A DNA stretch of 64,000 nt from a virus (IMGVR_UViG_3300037455_001096), one strand, 5' to 3'; shown: positions 37,591 through 46,460, counted from the first letter of the stretch. Translations and numbers: made by a program. The notes: a model not told the origin generated them from the sequence alone.

Positions 37591-38492
37591 TATGCTTCTG
37601 TTGTATTGTCTATTTTGTCGCCAATCCAATCGGGTTTTTCCTTTGGCAAAACAAGATTCGGGTTGCCTGCGCACCAAAATATGAATTTGACTTTTTGCGG
37701 TGCGCCTTCAAGGGACGTCAGTTGGTTGTTTCTGCAATCGAAACTGTTTGTCACTTTTCTCGGTGCGCCTTCAAGGGACGTCAGTTGGTTGTTTCTGCAA
37801 TCGAAACTGTTGACTTTTTGCGGTGCGCCTTCAAGGGATGTCAGATTATTGTCGCTGCAATGGAAACTTGCTCCTATTTTTTGAGGTGCGCCTTTGAGGT
37901 TTGTGAGTTCATTGTTTGAACAGTTGAAATGCCTGCTCAACTCTTTCGGTGCGCCTTCGAGCGATTTGAGCAAATTGTGTGAACATATATAGTTTTCCCC
38001 TACTTTTTGCGGTGAATATTTGAGTGATTCCAATTTGTTGTGGCTGCAATTGAAATACCCGTTTACCGTTTGCGGTGCGCCATCAAGTGATTTGATTGCG
38101 TTGTATGAACAATCAAAGTGCAATCCTATTGCTTTGGGGATTCCATTGAGCGATGTCAAGTTGTTTTTGTCGCAATAGAAACTTCCATTGACTTCTGTGG
38201 GTGCGCCGTACAGTGTCGTCAGCCCGCATTTGCTGCATTCAAAATCCCCGCTGACTACACCGAATTTTATCGTAAGCCTGCCGTCTTTCACAATACGGTT
38301 GTCAACAAACACGTTGGTGATTGAATCATAACGCATAGTCGCTTTGTTGTAAACAAGTCTGAACTCGTCAATAAATGACTGTGCATTATGGTCTATTATT
38401 TTTTCATTGGAATACTTGTCAAGCCATTCTTTTGATTTTGGCTTTATATTCAATTTCTCTACTATATATTCCTCTGTGTTCAGTATTTTCAT
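37590..38492 (-). CDS. leader-tagged LRR-like repeat protein (300 aa)
   Basis: MKILNTEEYIVEKLNIKPKSK leader and repeats NQLTSLEGAPRKV. Confidence 0.75.
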   Translation of the reverse strand: MKILNTEEYIVEKLNIKPKSKEWLDKYSNEKIIDHNAQSFIDEFRLVYNKATMRYDSITNVFVDNRIVKDGRLTIKFGVVSGDFECSKCGLTTLYGAPTEVNGSFYCDKNNLTSLNGIPKAIGLHFDCSYNAIKSLDGAPQTVNGYFNCSHNKLESLKYSPQKVGENYICSHNLLKSLEGAPKELSRHFNCSNNELTNLKGAPQKIGASFHCSDNNLTSLEGAPQKVNSFDCRNNQLTSLEGAPRKVTNSFDCRNNQLTSLEGAPQKVKFIFWCAGNPNLVLPKEKPDWIGDKIDNTTEA

Positions 38493-38494
38493 AT

Positions 38495-39385
38495 CTATTT
38501 TTGTATTTTACCCTTAACCCAACTCGGCTTTGGTTTTTTTGATTGGATTTTTACATTGATGCACCAAAAATCCCCGCAAATCTCTTGCGGTGCGCCGTCA
38601 AGGGACTCCAAGTCATTGTCGTTACAATAGAAATCACCGTTGATTTTTATTGGCGAGCCTTTAAGCGATGTCAGTTGATTGCCGCTGCAACTGAAATCCC
38701 CGCCAACCTCTTGCGGTGCGCCTTCAAGCGATGTCAATGAGTTGTTGCTGCAACTGAAGTCACCCCCGACTTTTTGCGGTGCGCCTTCAAGCGAGGTCAA
38801 TATATTATTGTCGCAACTGAAATCCCCTTTGACCTCTTGCGGTGCGCCTTCGAGCGATGTCAGTTTGTTTTTTAGAACACTGATGTCGCCCCCAATATCT
38901 TGTGTTATGCCTTTTAGCGATTTTATACTATTGTCATAAAACCAAAAACTGCCTCCGACTTTTTTCGGTGCATACTTGAACGACACTATTTGGTTATGTT
39001 CGCAATTGAAATTGTTGCCTATGATTTTTGGAACGAATTTAAGACTCTTTAATTTATTATTATTGCAGTTAAAATTGCCAAGCACTTCTGTTGGTGCGCC
39101 GTATAACGTGGTCAATTCACAGAGTTCGCAATCGAAGTTACCTTTTATCACGCCGAATTTTATTGGTAATTTCCCGTTTGTTGTATATCGTCCATCAATT
39201 GCGACATCATTTTCGCAATCATATCGTCTTGTTTTCGGATTCCAACGAAGTTTGTTATCCGATATGAACATTCTTACATTCACGTCATCGATTGTCGGCT
39301 CGCAACAAAACCGTTTGTCCCCTTTGAGAATCGGCTTGATGTTCAGTTTTTCGTTTATGTAGTCTTGGCTCTTTAATATTTTCAT
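38495..39385 (-). CDS. leader-tagged LRR-like repeat protein (296 aa)
   Basis: MKILKSQDYINEKLNIKPILK leader and repeats LTSLEGAPQEVGGDFSCS. Confidence 0.75.
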   Translation of the reverse strand: MKILKSQDYINEKLNIKPILKGDKRFCCEPTIDDVNVRMFISDNKLRWNPKTRRYDCENDVAIDGRYTTNGKLPIKFGVIKGNFDCELCELTTLYGAPTEVLGNFNCNNNKLKSLKFVPKIIGNNFNCEHNQIVSFKYAPKKVGGSFWFYDNSIKSLKGITQDIGGDISVLKNKLTSLEGAPQEVKGDFSCDNNILTSLEGAPQKVGGDFSCSNNSLTSLEGAPQEVGGDFSCSGNQLTSLKGSPIKINGDFYCNDNDLESLDGAPQEICGDFWCINVKIQSKKPKPSWVKGKIQK

Positions 39386-39801
39386 ATTTGGCGAATGTTT
39401 ATGAGTTTTACGTATGCTATGTTATCCTCGGATGTTATGTCATATTCGCGGTCAACAAATTTGTAGTCGTTGAACTGCGCGAGTTGGGCGGCATCCGCTG
39501 CGTCAGCAAACACCAAATGAAGGGTCTTTTTGTCTGGCGACACGCTGTATTGCAGGTCTCCGATTTCAGTTCCGATTATGGCATTGTCCGTTATGCTGCA
39601 CTCTCTGCCGTTTGAGGACATAGTGTCGTTGATGAACTTACTTATCTCGATTTCGTTCCAATCAAGCGGCTCGATTGCCTCGTTCACTTTTTTCTGTTTC
39701 TTGTTGTCCTTCTTCGTCTGCTCGATTCTGTCCTTTATGTAACTGTCGAAGTCCATAACATTGCCTTCGAATTTCCTTATCTTTTCAAGTCTGCTATCCA
39801 T
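39382..39801 (-). CDS. hypothetical protein (140 aa)
   Basis: Start set at the internal ATG (MDSRLEKIRKF...). The longer track ORF to 40023 is AT-rich low-complexity sequence and collides with a plus-strand gene. Confidence 0.4.
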   Translation of the reverse strand: MDSRLEKIRKFEGNVMDFDSYIKDRIEQTKKDNKKQKKVNEAIEPLDWNEIEISKFINDTMSSNGRECSITDNAIIGTEIGDLQYSVSPDKKTLHLVFADAADAAQLAQFNDYKFVDREYDITSEDNIAYVKLINIRQI

Positions 39802-39903
39802 AAATTTTTGTTTTTTATTATTTATAAGATGTGGGCTGTATAAATAAATCCGAAAAGCGCGGATTTCGCCTTTTATAAATATATAAATGTAAAACCGATA
39901 ATT

Positions 39904-40143
39904 ATGGCTATCAGAATAACAGAGATACTTGGTACGGACAATATGAACAATTCCCGTATCACCATAAACAACAACTTCAAGACAATCGCGGAAACCATCA
40001 ACCGATTGGACAATCAGATTCACACTGAAATCGCGATGGGTTCAGTTTCCGCAGAGAACCTCACGTTGAGCAACGGATTGAAGATTGGCAACACCGAACT
40101 CACGGAAGACCAACTTCAGCAACTGCTTACTTTGATACAATAA
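39904..40143 (+). CDS. small hypothetical protein (79 aa)
   Basis: Protein-like composition. It is the first gene of the plus block after the divergent region. Confidence 0.4.
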   Translation: MAIRITEILGTDNMNNSRITINNNFKTIAETINRLDNQIHTEIAMGSVSAENLTLSNGLKIGNTELTEDQLQQLLTLIQ

Positions 40144-40314
40144 TGAATTGGTAAACAACAAGATAGAAAAAATGCGAAATTTTTTTCATTTTTTCCAAAC
40201 AAAAACATCGGATATTTATTATATACCATTGTAAGACATTTGAAATTATTATAACAAGCGCGTTAGTTATTATATTTTGTTTTTAGTTTTAATCTTAAAA
40301 AATTTTTAGAAGTT

Positions 40315-41241
40315 ATGAATTTTGACGAATTGTTTAATATGGAAGAAGTTTCCATAGAAGATGTTTCAACAGAACCCGTTAGAAACAGAGTAATTGACGA
40401 AAACCTCTACACAATCAACCTCGCGGATGCCGCAGACGGCGTTTACAAAGCGAGAGTGAGATTTCTCCCCAACCCAGCGGACATCAAGAAATCCATCATT
40501 GCGAAGTACAACTATTGGCTTACCGATTCAAACGGCGACAACGGTATTTCCGTTGACGACCCGACCACCATTGGCGAAAAGTCTCCAATCAACGAACTGT
40601 ATTGGAAACTGAAGAAGTCACCCAACGTTGTTGACCAAAACATCGCCGATGAGTTCCTCAAGAGAAACCGTTATTTCTTCTCACTCGTCCAAATCATCAA
40701 GGACGACCAACACCCCGAACTCGTGGGTCAAGTGAAAGTGTTCAGATACGGTATCAAAATCAAGGAGAAAATCGACCAAGAGTTCAACGATGAGGACGGC
40801 GGCAATCCGTTCAACATTATGAGCGGTCGCGAGTTCAAACTTGAAGTCAAGAAAGTTGGCGGATATCAAAACTATGACGCTTGCAAGTTCGCAGGCAGCA
40901 AGCAACCCGTTTCCATCAAAGGCAAGCCTCTCACCAAGACCCCTGCCGACAAGAAACGCCTCGAATCTCTGTACGAGAACGCACCCGACCTTGACAATTA
41001 CACGTTCAAGCCTTGGAGCGCGGAACTGACCGAGCAGGTCAACGAGCGTTTGAGAACTTTCGGCAAGAACGGCAAGGCTGTCGGTACATCAACCGCCGCT
41101 CCCAAATCGGCTGTCGAAGCCGCTATGAAGCAGGAGGAGGAAGAAGATGTTGACAAAATGATGGAAGATAACGATGTTGACGGAATCCCCTACAGCGACA
41201 GCGGGGATGACGATGACTTGCTCGCAGGTATCGACATTTAA
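40315..41241 (+). CDS. putative single-stranded DNA-binding protein (308 aa)
   Basis: The highly acidic C-terminal tail (EEEEDVDKMMEDNDVDGIPYSDSGDDDDLLAGIDI) is typical of phage SSBs. The body is unassigned. Confidence 0.4.
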   Translation: MNFDELFNMEEVSIEDVSTEPVRNRVIDENLYTINLADAADGVYKARVRFLPNPADIKKSIIAKYNYWLTDSNGDNGISVDDPTTIGEKSPINELYWKLKKSPNVVDQNIADEFLKRNRYFFSLVQIIKDDQHPELVGQVKVFRYGIKIKEKIDQEFNDEDGGNPFNIMSGREFKLEVKKVGGYQNYDACKFAGSKQPVSIKGKPLTKTPADKKRLESLYENAPDLDNYTFKPWSAELTEQVNERLRTFGKNGKAVGTSTAAPKSAVEAAMKQEEEEDVDKMMEDNDVDGIPYSDSGDDDDLLAGIDI

Positions 41242-41252
41242 CCATAGTCCAA

Positions 41253-41281
41253 AGCACCCGATTCAAGTCGGGTGCTTTTAA
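41253..41281 (+). terminator. rho-independent terminator
   Basis: agcacccg-attcaagt-cgggtgct stem, then TTTTAA. Confidence 0.5.
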
Positions 41282-41300
41282 CCCATTTAATTTATTCAAT

Positions 41301-42032
41301 ATGAGCGAAAACAACGAATTGAAAGAAAAACTCGAAACTGTTCAAACAGAGGTGAATGAAGAATCTCCAAACTTGAACGAACAATCCGAGACTGTTCCAC
41401 CCGCCGAGAGCGAGCAACCCGAAAAGGTTGAAAACGCTGACGGAGAAAAGGCTACTCTCCCGAAGAAAAGCGAACTGCTTAAAGAGCAAATCGAATTGGA
41501 GAAACAGTATGACAGTGAATCAGCCGCTATGCTTGAGGACACATACAATGTGAAGTTCGGCACAAAGGGCGCATTCGACAGAATGATGAAGTACTTGGAG
41601 AAGGACGTTGAGTTCGACCACAGTACCGCCACGGGTCTCGCGCTGCTTTACTCCAATATGAGGCAGCAGAAACCGTTCACCCGCGAAGCCGATTGGAACG
41701 GCGAGGTGCAGTTGAAAACATCAAGTTGCTTGATGCTGTGGAAATTCTTGATGGCTCACAAGGGTCACGGCTTTTGGGAGGCAAAGGCATTCTTGGAGAC
41801 TATCCAATTGGTCGGTCAAGACATATCGAAGTCCATCAACACAATCAACGAGAAACAGACTGCTCTGCGCGGAATCCACGACAGACTGAATGTCATCTAC
41901 AACAAACTCGATTCCAACGAATATGAGAACGACCTTACCGAAGAAGAGGAGAAGGCTCTCCTCGAAAGCAGCAAGGAAGTAATCAAGAACGAGGAAGAAC
42001 TGAACAACGAGGTCAATCCCTCTGTTGACTAA
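41301..42032 (+). CDS. acidic hypothetical protein (243 aa)
   Basis: Glu-rich N-terminus with a coiled-coil character. Confidence 0.5.
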   Translation: MSENNELKEKLETVQTEVNEESPNLNEQSETVPPAESEQPEKVENADGEKATLPKKSELLKEQIELEKQYDSESAAMLEDTYNVKFGTKGAFDRMMKYLEKDVEFDHSTATGLALLYSNMRQQKPFTREADWNGEVQLKTSSCLMLWKFLMAHKGHGFWEAKAFLETIQLVGQDISKSINTINEKQTALRGIHDRLNVIYNKLDSNEYENDLTEEEEKALLESSKEVIKNEEELNNEVNPSVD

Positions 42033-42055
42033 CCGAAAAATAAAAAAATTCAACT

Positions 42056-42223
42056 ATGAAGAAAGTATTGTTTATCGCATTGTTCGCAATGTGCTTGCTT
42101 TTCGCCTCTTGTGGGACGAGAACCAATGAAAATGAAACCGTAGTAGGCGACACAATTGCTGCCGTCATCGAAGCCGACACTCTGCTTTGTGCAGACACGG
42201 TTTTGACCGACACACTTGAGTAA
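42056..42223 (+). CDS. small lipoprotein (55 aa); absent from the ORF track because it is under 60 aa
   Basis: MKKVLFIALFAMCLLFASCGTR has a lipobox (LFASC). A strong terminator follows. It beats the two overlapping minus-strand track ORFs. Confidence 0.5.
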   Translation: MKKVLFIALFAMCLLFASCGTRTNENETVVGDTIAAVIEADTLLCADTVLTDTLE

Positions 42224-42239
42224 CTGAAATTGGTTTTTG

Positions 42240-42268
42240 AAGCCCGTCATCTGACGGGCTTTTTTATT
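42240..42268 (+). terminator. rho-independent terminator
   Basis: aagcccgtc-atct-gacgggctt stem plus TTTTTATT. Confidence 0.7.
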
Positions 42269-42293
42269 ATAAATATATGTAACATATATTGCT

Positions 42294-42731
42294 ATGCTTG
42301 GGTTTGAAGAATTTGTTTCATTGCAGGAAAAACTGAAAATAAAGCCAATATCAAAGGAACGTCTCGACTCCTATTCGGACGGCTATGCTTTTTTCGAGCC
42401 AAGTATGGTGAAAATGTTGGAAGATTTGAAAACAAGCAGACATACTTTCGAAGACTACGCTTTGTATGCCGAATATCCCTCTGGCGAATATAACATATAC
42501 GATTTGCCGAAAAACGAAAACGATATGAAGATTATTTGGAACGATGTATCCAAAAGGTTGAAACAAGGTGACTGCCACAAAGATACAAAGGGAACGTATT
42601 ACCTTTGTATAAAGTTGTTTGTGTTAGACCGAAAGAGCAGCCGTTTTGATTCCGTCAGTTGCGGCATTTGGACTTATTATTCAAAGGGAAGGTTTGAATG
42701 CGAATACGTGAACAACGACTTGTCAAAATAA
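42294..42731 (+). CDS. leader-family protein (145 aa) on the opposite strand to the arrays
   Basis: MLGFEEFVSLQEKLKIKPISKERLDSY leader with a non-LRR C-terminus. Confidence 0.6.
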   Translation: MLGFEEFVSLQEKLKIKPISKERLDSYSDGYAFFEPSMVKMLEDLKTSRHTFEDYALYAEYPSGEYNIYDLPKNENDMKIIWNDVSKRLKQGDCHKDTKGTYYLCIKLFVLDRKSSRFDSVSCGIWTYYSKGRFECEYVNNDLSK

Positions 42732-42756
42732 ATCGCAATATAGCAGAAGCAAAAGG

Positions 42757-42786
42757 AAGCCCGTCAATTTGGCGGGCTTTTTTGTT
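42757..42786 (+). terminator. rho-independent terminator, directly abutting promoter cassette B
   Basis: aagcccg-tcaatttgg-cgggctt stem plus TTTTTTG. The stem sequence resembles that of the terminator at 42240. Confidence 0.6.
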
Positions 42787-42858
42787 GTTGATAACTTTGT
42801 TGATAACTTTTTCAGAAAAAATGTTGCGCGTATAAAAAAGTTTTGTATTTTTGCAGCG
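42782..42858 (+). promoter_or_regulatory. promoter/operator cassette copy B
   Basis: ttgttgttgataactttgttgataactttttcagaaaaaatgttgcgcgtataaaaaagttttgTATTTTTGcagcg. The -7 box is at 42846-42853, and the ATG of gene 42878 lies 25 nt downstream. Confidence 0.6.
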
Positions 42859-42877
42859 TAATTAAAAACGATAAGCA

Positions 42878-43288
42878 ATGAGACAAGCAAACGAAATTTA
42901 CGCCTGCGGGACAAAGGTAAAGAAATTGTCCGAAAAGCCGTTCAAGAGCGGTTTGGTTTTCAACACTGTGAAATCCGTCACGGAGCATCCGCATAAAATC
43001 GACCCCGAAACGAACAAGGGTGTTCCTGCCTACACGTTCTTCGAGGACGACAGCGTTGTCGAAGCGGCGGCTGTCAAATTAGTCAATGGCTTTGAATACT
43101 CGCACAATGCCGACAAGTATTTCTTGGACAGCATCGTTAAGCGGCTTACGTACAATCCCAAATACAAGGATACACCCATTACCGCCGCCATCAAGGGCAA
43201 CTGCGTCCGACAGTTGGTTGATACCATACATTCGGACAAAGTGAACGGGCAGAAATTGGTGCTTCTTGGTACTATGATTGTCGGTTAA
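42878..43288 (+). CDS. hypothetical protein (136 aa); paralog of 43899..44117
   Basis: MRQANEIYACGTKVKKLSEKPFKSGLVFNTVKSV...FFEDDSVVE is shared with the 72-aa paralog. Confidence 0.55.
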   Translation: MRQANEIYACGTKVKKLSEKPFKSGLVFNTVKSVTEHPHKIDPETNKGVPAYTFFEDDSVVEAAAVKLVNGFEYSHNADKYFLDSIVKRLTYNPKYKDTPITAAIKGNCVRQLVDTIHSDKVNGQKLVLLGTMIVG

Positions 43289-43354
43289 TAACTTTGTTGA
43301 TAACTTTTCAGAAAAAATGTTGCGCGTATAAAAAAGTTTTGTATTTTTGCGGCG
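43277..43354 (+). promoter_or_regulatory. promoter/operator cassette copy C (overlaps the end of the upstream gene)
   Basis: ...ttaataactttgttgataacttttcagaaaaaatgttgcgcgtataaaaaagttttgTATTTTTGcggcg. The -7 box is at 43342-43349. Confidence 0.6.
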
Positions 43355-43373
43355 TAATCAAAAACCAAAGGAT

Positions 43374-43835
43374 ATGACTTCAATAACGAACTATCAGAAT
43401 GACGGTGCTAATTGGCAGGCTCGCGGTGTTCTCGCTTGCATCTTGGGATGTATGTATGAAATCCAATCACCTAAAGTTTGGGCGTATGGCAATGTCGAGT
43501 GTCCGAAGAAATACGATTTTGATATTTGTGTCGGCAGGTTCGAAAATTGCAGGGAGCAGGGTTACGTGTTCACTTTGTACGAGAGCGGCAGACAACTTAT
43601 TCATTACGCTGTGTACGAACATCGCAACAGCGACAATCTGATTGTACTAATCAGCGAAACCAAGACCATAAACACGCCGACACCAGACCAAATGTTCAAC
43701 GGTCGAGGCAAGTATGATTACAACAAGAGTTTTTCTTGCGGTAAGATAATGGAATGCGCCAAGTTTATTCTTGACGATATGTCGGACGTGCTTGCTGACA
43801 ATTACGTCAAGCGAATGACAAAAAACAAAAAATAA
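43374..43835 (+). CDS. hypothetical protein (153 aa)
   Basis: The track start at 43347 is TTG and lies inside the promoter cassette. ATG 43374 (MTSITNYQ...) is preferred. Confidence 0.55.
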   Translation: MTSITNYQNDGANWQARGVLACILGCMYEIQSPKVWAYGNVECPKKYDFDICVGRFENCREQGYVFTLYESGRQLIHYAVYEHRNSDNLIVLISETKTINTPTPDQMFNGRGKYDYNKSFSCGKIMECAKFILDDMSDVLADNYVKRMTKNKK

Positions 43836-43853
43836 TTTATTTGTTCTCGTATT

Positions 43854-43871
43854 GATTTTTTTATTATATTG
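43854..43871 (+). promoter_or_regulatory. conserved intergenic motif GATTTTTTTATTATATTG (copy 2)
   Basis: Identical to 28183-28200. It sits between stop 43835 and ATG 43899. Confidence 0.3.
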
Positions 43872-43898
43872 TTTTACGACAAATCAAAAAGCAAAGAA

Positions 43899-44117
43899 AT
43901 GGAACAGACAATAGGCATTTATGGAATCGGCACAAAAGTCAGAAAGACGAACAGCCGCCCGTTTAAATCGGGGCTTATGGTGAACACGGTCAAGTCGGTT
44001 GTGGCTCACCCTTACAAATTCAACCAAGTGAGTAAACTTCACGCGCCCGCCTACGAGTTTTTCGAGGACGACAGCATTGTTGAAACGGGTTCTGTAATCG
44101 CTGTGTTTAACCAATAA
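43899..44117 (+). CDS. hypothetical protein (72 aa); short paralog of 42878..43288
   Basis: MEQTIGIYGIGTKVRKTNSRPFKSGLMVNTVKSV...FFEDDSIVE. The track start is TTG; ATG 43899 is preferred. Confidence 0.5.
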   Translation: MEQTIGIYGIGTKVRKTNSRPFKSGLMVNTVKSVVAHPYKFNQVSKLHAPAYEFFEDDSIVETGSVIAVFNQ

Positions 44118-44127
44118 ATCGTAATAT

Positions 44128-44442
44128 ATGGAATCAAGCAAAATCACAAAAGGAGTGGAATTGATTGCGGCGGAACGAATCCGCCAAATCGAAAAGGAAG
44201 GCTTTGACGGCGTTCACGATGACGAATACAAGAACAATGAATTGGTGTTGGCTGCTATGTGCTACGCCGAGCCGAACAGATGTGGAGATGGCGTGCCGCC
44301 CGCGTTCCCTTGGGATGCGTGTTGGTGGAAACCTTCGCCGAATGACCGAATCAAGGAACTCACCAAGGCGGGCGCACTTATCGCCGCAGAGATTGACAGA
44401 CTGATTCGTTCAGACGCAAACAATTGGAAATTGTGTCAATAA
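44128..44442 (+). CDS. hypothetical protein (104 aa)
   Basis: Small helical protein (ELIAAERIRQIEKEGFDGVHDDEY ... ALIAAEIDRLIR). A nucleotide-pyrophosphohydrolase-like fold is possible but was not verified. Confidence 0.45.
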   Translation: MESSKITKGVELIAAERIRQIEKEGFDGVHDDEYKNNELVLAAMCYAEPNRCGDGVPPAFPWDACWWKPSPNDRIKELTKAGALIAAEIDRLIRSDANNWKLCQ

Positions 44443-44494
44443 CAATATCAAACAATTCAATAAACCTTATTTATTAACTAAAAACCAAAAAATT

Positions 44495-46030
44495 ATGCAG
44501 TTAGTTATTTTAATCGCAGCAGCAGTTATCGTGTTAGTCCTCTTCATCGCCGTGTGCTATGTGAAAGCACCCCCGAAAGATGCCTACATCATCAGCGGTC
44601 TTTCCAAACAGCCACGAATCCTCATCGGCAAGGGTGGATTCAGAATCCCAGGGTTGGAACGAGTGGACAAGGTGTTCCTCGGTCAGACATCAGTGGATAT
44701 CAAGACATCAGTCCCCGTGCCTACCAACGACTTTATCTCTGTTATGGTGGATGCCGTGGCAAAGATTAGGGTAATCAACAACCCCGATGGCATTAGGTTG
44801 GCGGCAAAGAACTTCCTCAATATGGCGGAAAAGGAAATCGCCTCGCAGATTCAAGACTCCTTGGAGGGTAATATGCGTGAGATTATCGGTACGCTTGACC
44901 TCAAGTCATTGAACATCGACCGTGACGGTTTCTCCGACCAAATCGCCAAGAAAGCGGCAAGCGATATGGCAAAACTCGGTATCGAGGTGATTTCCTGCAA
45001 CATTCAGAACATCACCGACAACGAGGGGCTTATCAAGAACTTGGGTGCTGACAACACGTTCAAAATCCGCAAGGAAGCCGCTATCACCAAGGCGCAGGCT
45101 GAACGCGACATTCAGATTGCCGAGTCGGTAGCAGCCAAGGAAGCCAACGATGCCCGCGTTGAGAACGAAACCATTATCGCCGAGAAGAACAACGCGCTTG
45201 CCATCAAGAAAGCCAATCTGAAAGTGTCCGAGGATACGCAGAAGGCGAAGGCTGATGCCGCCTACGAAATCCAAAAGCAGGAACAGCAGAAAACCGTCAA
45301 CGAGAAAACGGTTGAAGCCGAGGCTGCGAAGATGATTCTCACCCAAGAGCGTCAGAAGGAAATTAACGCCAAGGCTGTCGAGGCTGAAACCGAGAAAGCC
45401 CGCCGTGAGCAGGAACTGACCGCCGAGCAGGTCAAGATTCAACAGAACAAACTTGACGCTGAAGTCCAAAAGCAAGCCGATGCCGAGAAGTACCAAAAGG
45501 AAATCGCCGCCGCCGCTCAACTCGAACAGAGAAAGCGCAACGCCGAGGCAGAGGCATACGAAGCCGAGCAACGCGCCCGTGCCGTGAAAGCGCAGGCAGA
45601 AGCCGAGCAGTATCGTATGGAGCAGGAGTCCATCGGTAAGAAGAAACTCGCCGATGCAGCCGCCTACGAAATCGAGCAGAAGGGTGTCGCCGAGGCAGCA
45701 GCCATCGAGAAGAAAGGTATCGCCGAGGCAGAGGCTATGCGCAAGAAAGCCGAAGCGTTCAAGCAGTACGGTGACGCTGCAAAGGCGCAGATGGTCATCG
45801 AGAAACTTCCCGAAATCGCCAAGAGCGTTGCCGAGCCTATCAGTTCAATCAAGGACGTGAGAATCTACGGCGGCAGCGGCGAAGGTATCTCCCAACTCTC
45901 TGGTCAAGTTCCCGCCGTCATCAAACAGACGATGGACACCGTATCAGACGCAACGGGCGTGGATATGAGCGAAATCGTGAAACAGTCCACCCTTGAAAAC
46001 GCCGTCAAACGTGTCGGTGACAAGGAGTAA
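44495..46030 (+). CDS. flotillin / SPFH (band-7) domain protein (511 aa)
   Basis: N-terminal transmembrane helix, an SPFH-like core, then a long Ala/Glu/Gln/Lys-rich coiled coil with EA-type repeats typical of flotillins (YqiK/FloT type). Confidence 0.75.
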   Translation: MQLVILIAAAVIVLVLFIAVCYVKAPPKDAYIISGLSKQPRILIGKGGFRIPGLERVDKVFLGQTSVDIKTSVPVPTNDFISVMVDAVAKIRVINNPDGIRLAAKNFLNMAEKEIASQIQDSLEGNMREIIGTLDLKSLNIDRDGFSDQIAKKAASDMAKLGIEVISCNIQNITDNEGLIKNLGADNTFKIRKEAAITKAQAERDIQIAESVAAKEANDARVENETIIAEKNNALAIKKANLKVSEDTQKAKADAAYEIQKQEQQKTVNEKTVEAEAAKMILTQERQKEINAKAVEAETEKARREQELTAEQVKIQQNKLDAEVQKQADAEKYQKEIAAAAQLEQRKRNAEAEAYEAEQRARAVKAQAEAEQYRMEQESIGKKKLADAAAYEIEQKGVAEAAAIEKKGIAEAEAMRKKAEAFKQYGDAAKAQMVIEKLPEIAKSVAEPISSIKDVRIYGGSGEGISQLSGQVPAVIKQTMDTVSDATGVDMSEIVKQSTLENAVKRVGDKE

Positions 46031-46051
46031 CACACTTTCCGTTAATGAAAA

Positions 46052-46080
46052 AGGACTCACAATCGTGAGTCCTTTTTTGT
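46052..46080. terminator. bidirectional rho-independent terminator at a convergent junction
   Basis: aggactcac-aatc-gtgagtcct stem plus TTTTTTG, with an A-run on the other side. Confidence 0.7.
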
Positions 46081-46117
46081 TTATTGTGGATGTTAGTCAA
46101 TGCGAGCGGATATTGTG

Positions 46118-46438
46118 TTAGTCGTTATAAACCTCGTAATTATCCGATACGACCGCTTTGCCGTTTTTGTTTGTTACAGTAACAAGAACGGTTTCGAATC
46201 CCAAATCAATTAAATCATCGCCTTCGTCACCATTCATCGCGCCGAAATAAAAACGGTTATCTTTTTGCGGCAGTTTTTTCACATCCTCAAAATTCATATT
46301 GTTTACTGTGTACTTTACAACATCGTAATCCCTTTTGTTTTTGTATGAATCTGTTTTCATATCGTCAAGGTGTGTTTTTGTAATCGGGGATATGTTGAGT
46401 TTTTCTGCGATAAAATCGTCTATGCTTAATACATTCAT
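46118..46438 (-). CDS. leader-family protein (106 aa)
   Basis: MNVLSIDDFIAEKLNISPITKTHL leader. Confidence 0.55.
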   Translation of the reverse strand: MNVLSIDDFIAEKLNISPITKTHLDDMKTDSYKNKRDYDVVKYTVNNMNFEDVKKLPQKDNRFYFGAMNGDEGDDLIDLGFETVLVTVTNKNGKAVVSDNYEVYND

Positions 46439-46460
46439 ATAGTATTTTTTATTGTAATAT

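Noticed and set aside
35339-39362. Plus-strand ORFs (for example 35339..35659, 36153..36473, 37606..37884, 38679..38939, 38976..39362) lying antisense to the LRR-array genes
   Set aside because: They are frame shadows of the repetitive minus-strand coding sequence. They have repetitive low-complexity translations and no independent start context, and they fully overlap well-supported genes.
39802-40023. Long version (213 aa) of minus-strand ORF 39382..40023
   Set aside because: The extra N-terminal 74 aa are AT-rich low-complexity sequence (FYIYIFIK...) and overlap a more protein-like plus-strand ORF (39904..40143).
42013-42250. Minus-strand 66-aa ORFs 42013..42213 and 42050..42250
   Set aside because: They overlap a plus-strand lipoprotein ORF (42056..42223) with a canonical lipobox and a strong downstream terminator. 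The minus ORFs run through the terminator stem.
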